Assembly: GCA_964016885.1 (NCBI GenBank) | Contig: OZ024756.1 | Span: 12,214,001-12,278,000, forward strand | Length of the DNA stretch: 64,000 bases | Source: Eledone cirrhosa | Taxonomy: Eukaryota | Direction of reading: 5' to 3' | Part shown: one piece after another, positions 26,099-37,849 of the stretch | How positions within the stretch are numbered: position 1 is the first letter of the stretch | How the letters are laid out: each line of letters starts with the position of its first letter | The notes under the pieces: generated by a model | Told to the model about the DNA's origin: nothing | The model's input: the letters and a program-made list of their open reading frames with translations, nothing else | The model's database searches: none | Position numbers and translations under genes: made by a program

Positions 26099-26940
26099 TT
26101 AAATCAGCTTCCAATATATCACTGGTATTTGTTTTATCAACCTCCACAGTGTTGCAAAGCAATTGGACCGTAATGGAATCTGAATGTAGACCATAGAATT
26201 TTGGAAGAAGGCAAGGTTGTTTACTATGAAACACAAGAAAGAATATAGTCAGTCGATTGACTTGCTAGATATAGCAGCCAGATTTCCCCCAAACTACACT
26301 CTAAGGATTAGAAATGACAAACACAGATAATGGGGTTTCGAGTGGGCTGTGCCTACAGGGTTATCTTTGATTATGTCTCCTCGATCAAAGCAAGCCTAGA
26401 GTTAAAAAACTCCATATGTTCACTACTGTTATGTCTGCTTAGAGCCAACCAAGGGCTAAACAAGAACAACAGTTACATATGTCTACTACCATTTCTGTCA
26501 CCTGGTTGCTCTGATTTCTTATTGCAACTGAAAGATTTCAACCTAAGTGACTGTAAAACTAAGATTGCCATTAGTTGCAATCAAGTATGACTTGGTAGTA
26601 TTTACCATGGTTTCACTAAGGGCTTTATAGGAACCCATGCAGTTACTAGCAGACACTGAGGCTTTTTCAGCTCCTTTTCTCCAGCAGAACATCCAAGGTT
26701 CAAAGGAGAGGGGATTGCACATGTACTGGGCTGGTACTTTTTTTTTATTGGCCTTGAAAAGATGAAAGGTAAAGTTGATGGGATTTAAACTCAGAATATA
26801 GAGACCTAGAACATACATCCAACACGCTGACAAATCGACCGCTTTCAATGGATGTAAATAGTTTTTAAATAACTGATGACTCACAAGGAGGGTAATGAGG
26901 TGAAGTTAAGATAATTATTGTAAATTTTAAACTAAATTTA

Positions 26941-27088
26941 AAAAGAAAATTTTTTGCTTGTTAGTTCGGTTTAGAACCCTCTAATAAATGGAAATAGATC
27001 AATATTGATGTACATGTATGTCAATATTCATCTTTTTCCATTTCTTAGAGGGGTCTAAACTCCACTATCAGGCTAAAATTTTTCTTTT
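26941..27088. repeat. Imperfect ~150-bp palindrome
   Basis: AAAAGAAAAT...TTAGAACCCTCTAATAAATGGAAA...AATATTGA pairs with TCAATATT...TTTCCATTTCTTAGAGGGGTCTAAA...ATTTTTCTTTT. Confidence 0.75.
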
Positions 27089-27129
27089 AGTTAAAATCCC
27101 TTTAGTCAAAAAAATACGGCGAAAGCTTC

Positions 27130-27962
27130 TATTTCTAATTTCAAACTCAGGATATTGATTCTTTCTTCAATGCACAGCCCTCAAGACGGATTCCCATTTC
27201 CATATGGCTTAGTCATAGTAATAACTTTACATTGAATGGAGTAATCTATGCCTGCGTTGTTGAGGGACCATATGTGGTTCCCGAGCTACATGGACAATCA
27301 TTTGTCCGAGTATTTAAAGGTCGACTTATGATTCAGAAGGCATTCCTTAAATCGGCCCTCCACATAGGATTTAATCTCTTGTTGGTTTGGTCGGTTAGAA
27401 GTGACCACAGCTTCGTAAATTACAATTGGTGTGTTACATTGTTGTTGAAGGGGACAAGCTTCAGGCCTTCAACAAGAGCATCCTAGTGGGGTTCTGCTCT
27501 TAGGGCTGTTGGTGATGTGGGTCTTTATATTCTTAGCACAGGAGTATCCTAGTTTCAACCTGTGTCTGTTAAAGATGGAGCAGTATTTGTGACCTATGGG
27601 GAAGTGTCTATCTAAGAGAGTTAAAAATCTTTTTCCTACATTAGTTTTAACGTTGAGTGAGAAGGGGGGGGGGGGGGGGGGGGAGAACCAAATTGATTTT
27701 CTATTAGCACGATTTCTTTTCTTGTTGGCATTGGTTGTGAGAAGTCACTGTTAGCTAATGCCACATTGTAGTAGGGTGCCGCTCTGTCAAAGATTGCTTT
27801 ATTAGAAGAGAGGTTAGAGATTCTAGTGCCAATATTTTTCACGAAGTTTCTAAAAACTGTAGGTGGGTGGCATGAGTCCTTGTGTATGTAATTTAGTTAA
27901 TGGAAGGGTCTAAACGTGTGTGTCTGTGTGAAGATTTAAATTTATGTCTAAGTAATTTACGC
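27130..27962 (-). mobile_element. Penelope-like element (Neptune-type) remnant: RT thumb, linker and GIY-YIG endonuclease
   Basis: VNYLDINLNL; YIHKDSCHPPTVFRNFVKNIGTRISNLSSNKAIFDRAAPYYNVALANSDF; CPLQQQCNTPIVIYEAVV...KSYV..FKECLLNHKSTF; LCIEERINIL. Stops and frameshifts are present. Confidence 0.85.
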
Positions 27963-28271
27963 TGTAGGATGTGCATTGAAGAAAGAATCAATATCCTGAA
28001 AAGCTTGCATAATAGCATTTGTTTAAATTCAAGAAATGAACTTTTTTCACGTCCACACGTCTGAAAACATCTATTATGTAGTTACAAAGCTCCAAATTGA
28101 CTAACATGAACAATCTATAATATTCTGAACTGAATAACATAAATATTTTTCTGAGTATCGACAGTCGTCTCCCTTGCACAGCTGTATCATGGGTTTACCT
28201 CTCCTTAGGAACTGATTGTTTCTGCGCATGCATATTCGTACAGTTGTTTTGTTCTGTACAACCTCATTTAA

Positions 28272-28314
28272 ACCGAGCTGATGATCCGAATAAGGTAAAA
28301 AAATTGTTCTCGGT
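28272..28314 (+). ncRNA. Degenerate type I hammerhead beside the Penelope remnant
   Basis: ACCGAG-CTGATGA-TCC GAATAA GGT-AAAA(for GAAA)-AAATTG-TT/CTCGGT. Stem I is perfect but G12 is lost. Confidence 0.5.
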
Positions 28315-28400
28315 AACTAACTCTTGTGGAACTATTTCTACCAAAGCCGTCCCATGGGTGAGTGCTATACTACTACGGATATAACCCACCAGTGTTCTAC

Positions 28401-28459
<59 letters not shown>

Positions 28460-28647
28460 GGTTTGTTGGTTCACCACTGGATAGAACTGGTCATTCCGTA
28501 TGGTCAACCTTGATGTAATATTAGGGAGAGCACTCGACGTAATGCAACTCACCTGTCTTCATTTGTGTTGTTGGCGGTGCGAGTACGGAGTTAATTATTA
28601 TAAAATAACAGGAGGCTGGACTGGTGTAATTCCTTAAAAGGTTTATT

Positions 28648-28705
28648 ATACTATGATCATTTCAGTGACTGGGTTCAGTATGAATCCGGTGACATCATCA
28701 GGTAT
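28648..28705 (-). ncRNA. Type I hammerhead ribozyme with palindromic stem III
   Basis: Reverse complement: ATAC-CTGATGA-TGTCACCGGATTCA TAC TGAACCCAGTCACT-GAAA-TGATCA-TA/GTAT-AATAAA. Confidence 0.7.
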
Positions 28706-29003
28706 TCGAAAATTTAACAAAGGAATATAATAGACAAAATCCATGGGGCTGAAAAGCAGAGACAGGAGGGCGGCCGAACATTTAGCAGCTTCTAGCCCGG
28801 TCAGCCGCCCTCAATATATACCTATATATATATAGGTATTAATACCTATATATATATATATATATATAGGTATTAAGGTGCAAATTAACTGTCTATAGGC
28901 GGTATGCTGGATGAGTCCTCGATGCTCTTGAGGAGCAGAGTATCAATAGTATTAATATATAAGGGACCAAAGAATCAGTGTTGCATTATATATATATTTA
29001 ATT

Positions 29004-29095
29004 ACATATTACATATGTTTCACTGTCGATCAGCTCGAAGAACGATCTCTTAACGATCGAAACTGACACTGGAATCGGTAGCTCCTCAGATATGT
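29004..29095 (-). ncRNA. Type I hammerhead, long-stem-II family
   Basis: Reverse complement: ACATAT-CTGAGGA-[61 nt]-GAAA-CATATG-TA/ATATGT. Confidence 0.75.
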
Positions 29096-29388
29096 TTTAA
29101 CATGTAGACTCGCGTCTGGGAGAGGTTGAATCCCGATTATTGTCCGCTGCTATATTGTTTGAAGTATGCATTAATACTTACTTCAAACAATAGGCAGACT
29201 GGTCGCATGGATACATACAACAACATGACCAATAGCCGCTAAATGATAAGAAGACCCCAGCTGTGATGTGACCGAAAACAAACCAACAAGTAAATACGGT
29301 GTCACACCCCTATGACAATCTGTGGTAGCATACAAGAAGAAATTGGGGATAATATTCAATCAGTCTCAGACATAAGTCTACATGTTAA

Positions 29389-29645
29389 CCCTTTAGTATT
29401 CACATTACTCTATATATACTATTATATTTTCATGGTAAAGGCCTTACCTCACATAACATTTACATTACTCTATATATACTATTATATTTTCATGGTAAAG
29501 GCTTTACCTCACATAATATCGAATCTATGAGATTTTGAAAGTATTTATTTTGAGAACAATACCTTAACATCAGTTTGAGTGACCAGTTACAGCCAGTTTC
29601 AACAGAAAGAGGTAGAGAATTCTGGCTGGTTTGAACAGTAAAGGG
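29389..29645 (-). mobile_element. piggyBac-type MITE with demonstrable TTAA TSD
   Basis: TTAA|CCC...GGG|TTAA. The inverted paralogue at 29090-29110 shows the empty site with a single TTAA. Confidence 0.88.
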
Positions 29646-29649
29646 TTAA

Positions 29650-29741
29650 ACATATCTGAGGAGCTTCCTATTCCAGAGTCAGGTTCAATCATTAATAGAT
29701 CGTTCTTCGAGCTGATCGACAGTGAAACATATGTAATACGT
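29650..29741 (+). ncRNA. Type I hammerhead, long-stem-II family (inverted partner of 29004-29095)
   Basis: ACATAT-CTGAGGA-[61 nt]-GAAA-CATATG-TA/ATACGT. Confidence 0.7.
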
Positions 29742-29822
29742 AATTAAATATGTATCACTTCTCTCTACTTTCATAATACATTGTGTTTTTATTTATATAT
29801 TATATATATATATATACATATA

Positions 29823-31109
29823 CGAGGTGTGTCAGAAAAGTTCCAGGACTGATGTCACAAAAGATTTATTTCAAACTCAAACTTCACACTAAGAGTTTTC
29901 TCCTTCAAAGTAATCCCCCTGGAGTCTAATGCACTTTTCCATCCTTTTCTGCCACGCTTGCATGCACTCCTGGAAGGATTCTTCCGGGATCCTCCGCAGT
30001 TCCGTCGTCACGGCCTTTTTGATGTGGTCCACATTTTCAAAACGGGTCCCCTTGATGACCCCCTTGAGCTTGGGGAATAGGAAAATATCACACGGAGCCA
30101 GGTCGGGGGAGTAGGGAGGTTGCTCCAGCATGGCGATGTTCTTCTCGGCCAGGAACTGTCGGATGCTCAGGGCATTGTGAGCAGGCGCGTTGTCCTGCCA
30201 CAACTCTCGCCTCTTCTCACGCACTGAACGAAGCAAATGCTGCAGTATCTCTTTGTAGACATGTTGGTTGATCGTCTGGCCCTGTGGCAAGAACTCGCAG
30301 TGGAAGATCCCCCTCACATCGAAGAATGTGATCAACATGACCTTAACTTTGGACTTCGACTGTCGTGCTTTCTTCGGCCTTCTCGACGACGGACTCTTCC
30401 ACTGAAGGCTCTGGCGTTTGGATTCCGGGTCGTACTCGAAGATCCATGACTCATCACCGGTGATGACTGTCCCTAGCAAGTCTGGTTCGGTTTCAAGATG
30501 CTCGAGGATGTCCTGGCACACTTGCATGCGTCGACCCTTCTGATCTTCGTTCAGCAGTTTTGGCACCATCTTCGCGCAGACTTTCTGCATGTCCAAACCT
30601 TCAGTGAGAATCTTCCAGACGCTGTCCCGATTCATGCCCAGCTCATTTGCCATCAGTCGAACAGTCAGCCGAAGATCACTACGCACCATCTGCTTGACGC
30701 GCTCAACGTTGACCTCAGTCCTGGTTGTTGAGGGCCTTCTGCTCCTGGGGTCATCTTCCACGTCCTCGCGTCCTTCTTTAAACCTCTTGCACCACTCAAA
30801 AACACATGAGCGTGACATCGTCTCATCTCCATACACTTGCTGCAGCAATCCCAGTGCTTCTGACGGAGTTTTCCCCAACCGTACCAGAAACTTCAAGTTT
30901 GTTTGTTGCTCTGTGCTCATTGCCTGACGACCTGAAACAGGACATGTATATAAAATTAGGAAGAAAAAAGTTTGATCGCTGCAGAGAGCTAAGATTACAG
31001 TTACATACGCCAGAGGGATTACTTTGAAGGAGAAAACTCTTAGTGTGAAGTTTGGGTTTGAAATAAATCTTTTGTGACATCAGTCCTGGAACTTTTCTGA
31101 CACACCTCG
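29823..31109 (-). mobile_element. mariner (DD34D) transposon, 1287 bp, TA TSD, ~100-bp TIRs
   Basis: TA|CGAGGTGTGTCAGAAAAGTTCCAGGACT... at the left end and its reverse complement at 31010-31109|TA. Confidence 0.95.
29889..30920 (-). CDS. mariner transposase (343 aa, open but probably with a short in-frame deletion)
   Basis: HTH N-terminus, MVPKLL linker, ITGDESW, DNAPAH, YSPDLAPCD; 34 residues lie between D2 and D3. Confidence 0.92.
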   Translation of the reverse strand: MSTEQQTNLKFLVRLGKTPSEALGLLQQVYGDETMSRSCVFEWCKRFKEGREDVEDDPRSRRPSTTRTEVNVERVKQMVRSDLRLTVRLMANELGMNRDSVWKILTEGLDMQKVCAKMVPKLLNEDQKGRRMQVCQDILEHLETEPDLLGTVITGDESWIFEYDPESKRQSLQWKSPSSRRPKKARQSKSKVKVMLITFFDVRGIFHCEFLPQGQTINQHVYKEILQHLLRSVREKRRELWQDNAPAHNALSIRQFLAEKNIAMLEQPPYSPDLAPCDIFLFPKLKGVIKGTRFENVDHIKKAVTTELRRIPEESFQECMQAWQKRMEKCIRLQGDYFEGENS

Positions 31110-31167
31110 TATATATTTCTTCTCTCTACTTTCATCACACATCTTTTTCATTTATTTCTTTTCACAG

Positions 31168-31183
31168 AATGCTCCTGGCACAG
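31168..31183 (+). other. Candidate 16-nt micro-exon that creates a split stop codon
   Basis: Long pyrimidine tract plus TTTTCACAG|AATGCTCCTGGCACAG|GTAATA. Confidence 0.4.
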
Positions 31184-31444
31184 GTAATATTTAAATTTAT
31201 TTTTATTATTTTCATTATTACAGGAAAAGGTGTCAGACTGGTAGAATCGGTAGAGCATCAGACACAATATTTTGCAACATTTAGGTTCAGCCCTTTAGTT
31301 CTGAGTTCAACTTTGCCTTTCTTCTGGGGTTGTTAGAATAAAGTATTGGGTTTGATATAACCGACTTACCCCTCCCCACAAACTGCTCGCCTTGTGCCAA
31401 CAATAATATTATTAAGAAGGTATTTGTAGTTTATTTGAAGCATT

Positions 31445-33795
31445 GTATATAGTATAAAGAATTCAAAGTTTGGTATATGGTATAAAGAATTCAAAGTTTG
31501 GTATATAGTATAAAGAATTCAAAGTTTGGTATATAGTATAAAGAATTCAAAGTTTGGTATATGGTATAAAGAATTCAAAGTTTGGTATATAGTATAAAGA
31601 ATTCAAAGTTTGGTATATAGTATAAAGAATTCAAAGTTTGGTATATAGTATAAAGAATTCAAAGTTTGATATATAGTATAAAGAATTCAAAGTTTGGTAT
31701 ATAGTATAAAGAATTCAAAGTTTGATATATAGTATAAAGAATTCAAAGTTTGGTATATAGTATAAAGAATTCAAAGTTTGGTATATAGTATAAAGAATTC
31801 AAAGTTTGGTATATAGTATAAAGAATTCAAAGTTTGGTATATGGTATAAAGAATTCAAAGTTTGGTATATGGTATAAAGAATTCAATGTTTGGTATATAG
31901 TATAAAGAATTCAAAGTTTGGTATATGGTATAAAGAATTCAAAGTTTGGTATATGGTATAAAGAATTCAAAGTTTGGTATATGGTATAAAGAATTCAAAG
32001 TTTGGTATATGGTATAAAGAATTCAAAGTTTGGTATATGGTATAAAGAATTCAAAGTTTGGTAGATGGTATAAAGAATTCAAAGTTTGGTATATAGTATA
32101 AAGAATTCAAAGTTTGGTATATAGTATAAAGAATTCAAAGTTTGGTATATGGTATAAAGAATTCAATGTTTGGTATATAGTATAAAGAATTCAAAGTTTG
32201 GTATATGGTATAAAGAATTCAAAGTTTGGTATATGGTATAAAGAATTCAAAGTTTGGTATATGGTATAAAGAATTCAAAGTTTGGTATATGGTATAAAGA
32301 ATTCAAAGTTTGGTAGATGGTATAAAGAATTCAAAGTTTGGTATATAGTATAAAGAATTCAAAGTTTGGTAGATGGTATAAAGAATTCAAAGTTTGGTAT
32401 ATGGTATAAAGAATTCAAAGTTTGGTATATGGTATGAAGAATTCAAAGTTTGGTATATAGTATAAAGAATTCAAAGTTTGTTATATAGTATAAAGAATTC
32501 AAAGTTTGGTATATAGTATAAAGAATTCAAAGTTTGGTATATGGTATAAAGAATTCAAAGTTTGGTATATAGTATAAAGAATTCAAAGTTTGGTATATAG
32601 TATAAAGAATTCAAAGTTTGGTATATAGTATAAAGATTTCAAAGTTTGGTATATGGTATAAAGAATTCAAAGTTTGGTATATGGTATAAAGAATTCAAAG
32701 TTTGGTATATAGTATAAAGAATTCAAAGTTTGGTATATAGTATAAAGAATTCAAAGTTTGGTATATAGTATAAAGAATTCAAAGTTTGGTAGATGGTATA
32801 AAGAATTCAATGTTTGGTATATAGTATAAAGAATTCAAAGTTTGGTATATAGTATAAAGAATTCAAAGTTTGGTACATGGTATAAAGAATTCAAAGTTTG
32901 GTATATGGTATAAAGAATTCAAAGTTTGGTATATAGTATAAAGAATTCGAGGTTTGGTATATAGTATAAAGAATTCAAAGTTTGGTATATAGTATAAAGA
33001 ATTCGAGGTTTGGTATATAGTATAAAGAATTCAAAGTTTGGTATATGGTATAAAGAATTCAAAGTTTGGTATATGGTATAAAGAATTCAAAGTTTGGTAT
33101 ATGGTATAAAGAATTCAAAGTTTGGTAGATGGTATAAAGAATTCAAAGTTTGGTATATGGTATAAAGAATTCAAAGTTTGGTATATAGTATAAAGAATTC
33201 AATGTTTGGTATATAGTATAAAGAATTCAAAGTTTGGTATATGGTATAAAGAATTCAAAGTTTGGTATATGGTATAAAGAATTCGAGGTTTGGTATATGG
33301 TATAAAGAATTCAAAGTTTGGTATATAGTATAAAGAATTCAAAGTTTGGTATATAGTATAAAGAATTCAAAGTTTGGTATATGGTATAAAGAATTCAAAG
33401 TTTGGTAGATGGTATAAAGAATTCAAAGTTTGGTATATAGTATAAAGAATTCAAAGTTTGGTATATAGTATAAAGAATTCAAAGTTTGGTATATGGTATA
33501 AAGAATTCAAAGTTTGGTATATAGTATAAAGAATTCAAAGTTTGGTATATGGTATAAAGAATTCAATGTTTGGTATATAGTATAAAGAATTCAAAGTTTG
33601 GTATATAGTATAAAGAATTCAAAGTTTGGTATATAGTATAAAGAATTCAAAGTTTGGTATATAGTATAAAGAATTCAATGTTTGGTATATTGTATAAAGA
33701 ATTCAAAGTTTGGTATATAGTATAAAGAATTCAAAGTTTGGTATATGGTATAAAGAATTCAAAGTTTGGTATATGGTATAAAGAATTGGAGGTTT
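31445..33795. repeat. 28-bp minisatellite (GTATAAAGAATTCAAAGTTTGGTATAT[A/G]), ~84 copies
   Basis: GAATTC recurs every 28 bp. Confidence 0.97.
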
Positions 33796-34070
33796 GAAAG
33801 CCACGACATTGCAGGTTGGATGGAGAATAATTGAATCGTAAGAAACGGGGGGTATTTTTTTACCTTAATTTATTCATATGTCCTGATATTTTGGACACTG
33901 GAATAGTTCCTTTATTTTCCTCGGAAGGAAGAAGAGATATTAATCTCGAAATATCAGGACATAACAATAAATTAAGGTAAGAAAATACCCCCTGTTTCTT
34001 AAGATTTAATTTATTCTGTCCAAACCCGCATTGTCATGGCTTTCAAACTTGGAATTTTTGATAATCATAT
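33770..34070. mobile_element. Degraded fold-back element/MITE (~125-bp arms, ~50-bp spacer)
   Basis: GTTTGAAAGCCA...TACCTTAATTTATT...TGTCCTGATATTT pairs with AAATATCAGGACA...AATAAATTAAGGTA...TGGCTTTCAAAC. Confidence 0.75.
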
Positions 34071-35386
34071 TATTATTAGTTAGATACCTTACCATTTATG
34101 TTTTCTGTGCACCCTCTTCCCTAGACCATTTCTCTTCTTTCATCACTTTCTCTCACCATTCCATCTAATACTATATCTCTTCTCTTACACCCTACACTTT
34201 CTCTCCATTATACTGTTGCTCTCTCTCTGCCTTCACTCCACTGCTCTCCCCCGCCCCGTCTCTCTCTCTTCTATTCACCCTCTTTGCCATGTTAACTTGA
34301 ATCAATGGAGCACTTTTTAATCTTGCAAGATTAAAGACAACCTCACTAGTGGCAATGCTACAATAAAATGTACCCAGTATACTCTGTAAAGTGGGTTAAC
34401 AATCAAACAGTGATAATGTGGGGCCTTGTGGACCCTTCAGTTCTGTCCAGGACATTATTAGGGCAGTGGATGACAGAATCAGTAGACTCACCTCACTCCA
34501 CCCCCCCCCAAAAAAAATTAATTGTATTCTGAGGTCAACTTTGTTCTTTATCATTTCGGGGATAATAAAGAAAAAAGTACCTCTCCTTTGAGTAGCCACT
34601 CGTCCTGCTGCTGACCCCTCTAACACTTGCTAGTAACAGGTATATAACTATGTAGTTGGGATGTTACTAGACCAGTAAGATCCATTATTCAGCTTAGTAC
34701 TTAATACTTAAGAAAGTAGAGTATAGGTATTGTAAGGATTTTCTGCACAATCATTATAATATACTAGCAGAAAAACCACCCAGCCGTTTCGGAGCTCCAA
34801 GAGGGCGTTTGAAGCTTTGGGGGATGCTGGAAGCCCCTTTAGTTTTTTAGTTTGGTAAGTTTTATAAGTCATATTTGTATGTCTCTTAGACAGCCAGTGT
34901 GAGTGCATGTGAATGAAGAAAACGCAGAAAATAAATAAAAAAAGCTTGTCAACGAATTCCCTAGGGAGATAAACCCCCCCCCCCCCCCCCCCCCCGAAAG
35001 AAATCAAAGAAAATGAACATAAGGACATCAACTTTGACAACAGTTACAAGAACAACTTCAACAGAAATGACAACAAAAAGAAGCAACGGTGATGAAAGGT
35101 GTGTGTGTATACATATACATACATACAAACATACATACATACACACACACGCATATATACACACACAGGCCTGTGTTAGTGTTTGTTGAGGTTGAGAACC
35201 TGGTCAGCTTTCAGGCAGAGCTGTTGTATTTAATCTCCCAAGGTAATAAAATCTGGAGACAGAATTTTCTCCTTACCAAAAAGAAAAAATATATATATAT
35301 AAATGCATGTATATATACAAATGTATAAATGCATAGCTATATACATATGTAAATGTATGTATGTATGTATATATATATATAAATCT

Positions 35387-35421
<35 letters not shown>

Positions 35422-35506
35422 AATCTACATACATACATTTACATATGTATATAGCTATGCCTTTATATATTTGTATATATACATGCATTTATATTTAAGT
35501 GTGTAA

Positions 35507-35558
<52 letters not shown>

Positions 35559-35723
35559 ATAATATATATACATATATATAATACACACACGCACATATAT
35601 ATTTTCTTTTTTCAGTCATGTTTGAGCCCCTGTTGGAGATAGGTAGATACATAGACGTTTACCAAACACACACACACACACATTTCTTACTCTCTCTGTC
35701 CCCCGCCTCTTTCTCTCTTCATT

Positions 35724-35757
<34 letters not shown>

Positions 35758-36903
35758 TATAAGTGTGTATATATATATATATGGTGTTGTTGAAAAGAGC
35801 AGTGGCCTTTGACCTGGCAATAAAAACTGGAGACAAAATTCTTTCTGTACCAAAACCAAGGCAGACACACACAAGTTTGTGTGTGTATGTATGTGTGCGT
35901 GCTTGCGCATTTGTGTGTGTGTGTGTGTCTGTATATATATATATATATATATATATAAGGGTTACAGATATTGCTTTCTCAGTCACCAAGCTTCTCAATT
36001 CATTCCTTGCTACTAAGTATTTTAATTTGCTACGAGGTATATTATTTTGCAAGGTACTATTTTTCTAAAGAGTTTGTGATTTCAGAGAAAGGTAAGAAAT
36101 TCTTCATATTTTGTATCTTTTGTATTTTGACTTTACAGTTTCAGTTGTCTATCCACTCAAAATATTACAACAGCTAACAGTGAAATATAGAATTTTAAAA
36201 AAAAAAGCTTTTTCGACTGAGATCAAATCTTTTCTTTTTTATTTCAAAAATATATAATTTGAAATTGCTTGCTTTTGTTTTGGACTGAAACTTTTTTGTA
36301 TTTAATTCGTACAAGTATTTTTTAAAGATTCTAAGATAACTTGATTTGGCCCAGTAATCTACTGATATCAAAATCAGTAGTATATTGAAAAATGGAAAAA
36401 TAGGGGCCGTTTCGTGATTTCGAGGGGCAAAAGGGGGCGTTTGGCCGAAATGAGTTGAGAACCTTTGGTTTACACCAAAGCCCTCACCTCTAACCTAGGT
36501 TAACCTACTTTCCTTATTTTTTTCTTCATTTTTCTTTTTAAACCCCACCCTTAATACAGCACCTCACTCTTTCATCTCCCATCATGTACAGCCCATAACC
36601 ACCTCCACACCCATACCCAACACCCTCACCATCACGTATAACCACCTCCACACACACCCCCACCACCTCCACAGCACAATGTCTATGAAACAGCCAAAAC
36701 ACCACACCCCCACAACTCCCACCAACCATCACTCCCCACCACCACCACCTCTTCATTATAATCCTCCTTCCCATCCATCACACATACCAAAACATTCCTT
36801 ATAGTAAAACCCCCAACCAAAACAACAGTAACTGACCCCCATAAATGAATGTGAATCGTTATAGACCTTTCTAAGTCCTACAGGTTCATTCTGTCATTAC
36901 CAC

Positions 36904-36997
36904 AGCAGAGGTCTGATGAGCTTTTGATTCCAGAGTCAGGCTAGATCAATACAGATCGAACCTTGAGCTGATCAATAGTGAAACACATGTCACTGCT
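36904..36997 (+). ncRNA. Type I hammerhead, long-stem-II family, GUC site
   Basis: AGCAGAGGT-CTGATGA-[60 nt homologous to the 29650 copy]-GAAA-CACATG-TC/ACTGCT-CAATAAA. Confidence 0.72.
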
Positions 36998-37029
36998 CAA
37001 TAAACATAATGAAGACATAACAAATCTCT

Positions 37030-37064
<35 letters not shown>

Positions 37065-37162
37065 TATATAACAAAGGAAGTGTGGTAAAGAACCAGATGG
37101 ACCATAACGCACCAGAGTACTCAATACTTAGGGGAGTAGAGTGGATAATGGGAAATAGGAAA

Positions 37163-37802
37163 ATGTGTGTGTGCTTGTATTATATGATGATGATGATGAT
37201 GATATATGTATAATAATTAATGTTAATTTATGTGCGTGTGTCTGCATGAATTTCCGGTTTCGGCATTTTCCTGTGTGTGTGTGGTATATTATATATAACG
37301 ATTTTGTGCCCAAATATTACCTTGTTAGAGCTGAAAAGGGAAGTAACTCTTTGAAGTAGCATAACTCATGTCAACCTACCAATTTGATAAGGTTAATATG
37401 TAAATTAAGTACTTGGGGTATTCAATTTAATTGGTTCAAATCCCTTGAAGGCAGTGCCCCAGCATGGCCATAGACTAATAACTGGAACCAATAGCTTACA
37501 ATTATAATACATATTTTTTTTACATGACTGGAGAACTTAAACAGTGTGTGATTTTGTAGTTTATTCACTTTCTTATGTATACATACAGTAAAATTCTTTA
37601 TAACGATATCGGCCTGATACATTGAGTGTGTGGCCGGGGTTGAAATAAATTTCATTATACTGAAAAATTCGTTATAATGGAATTTTATCTGTAATACATA
37701 TATTTGCCGAAAGCAAAAGTTCATGCAGACACACGCACAGAAATTAACATTAATTATTATAGATGTATCATCATCATCATCATATAATACAAACACACAC
37801 AT
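37163..37802. repeat. ~105-bp inverted repeats enclosing a SINE fragment and a Tigger/pogo-like MITE (37586-37691, TA TSD)
   Basis: 37163-37267 matches the reverse complement of 37703-37802; TA|CAGTAAAATTCTTTATAACGA...TCGTTATAATGGAATTTTATCTG|TA. Confidence 0.65.
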
Positions 37803-37849
37803 ATAACGAGAAATACAAATGTTAAATGATGTTTATATATACATACATA

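Noticed and set aside
28900-28950. CTGGATGA-GTCCTC...GAGGAGC hammerhead-like start
   Set aside because: Extra G in the core, no GAAA and no stem I; at best a decayed relic.
34960-36100. Several AG...GT-bounded segments (e.g. 36071-36091 with AAG|GTAAGA) as extra exons or a nested gene start
   Set aside because: They give immediate stops in the host frame and no coherent ORF; they cannot be supported without RNA data.
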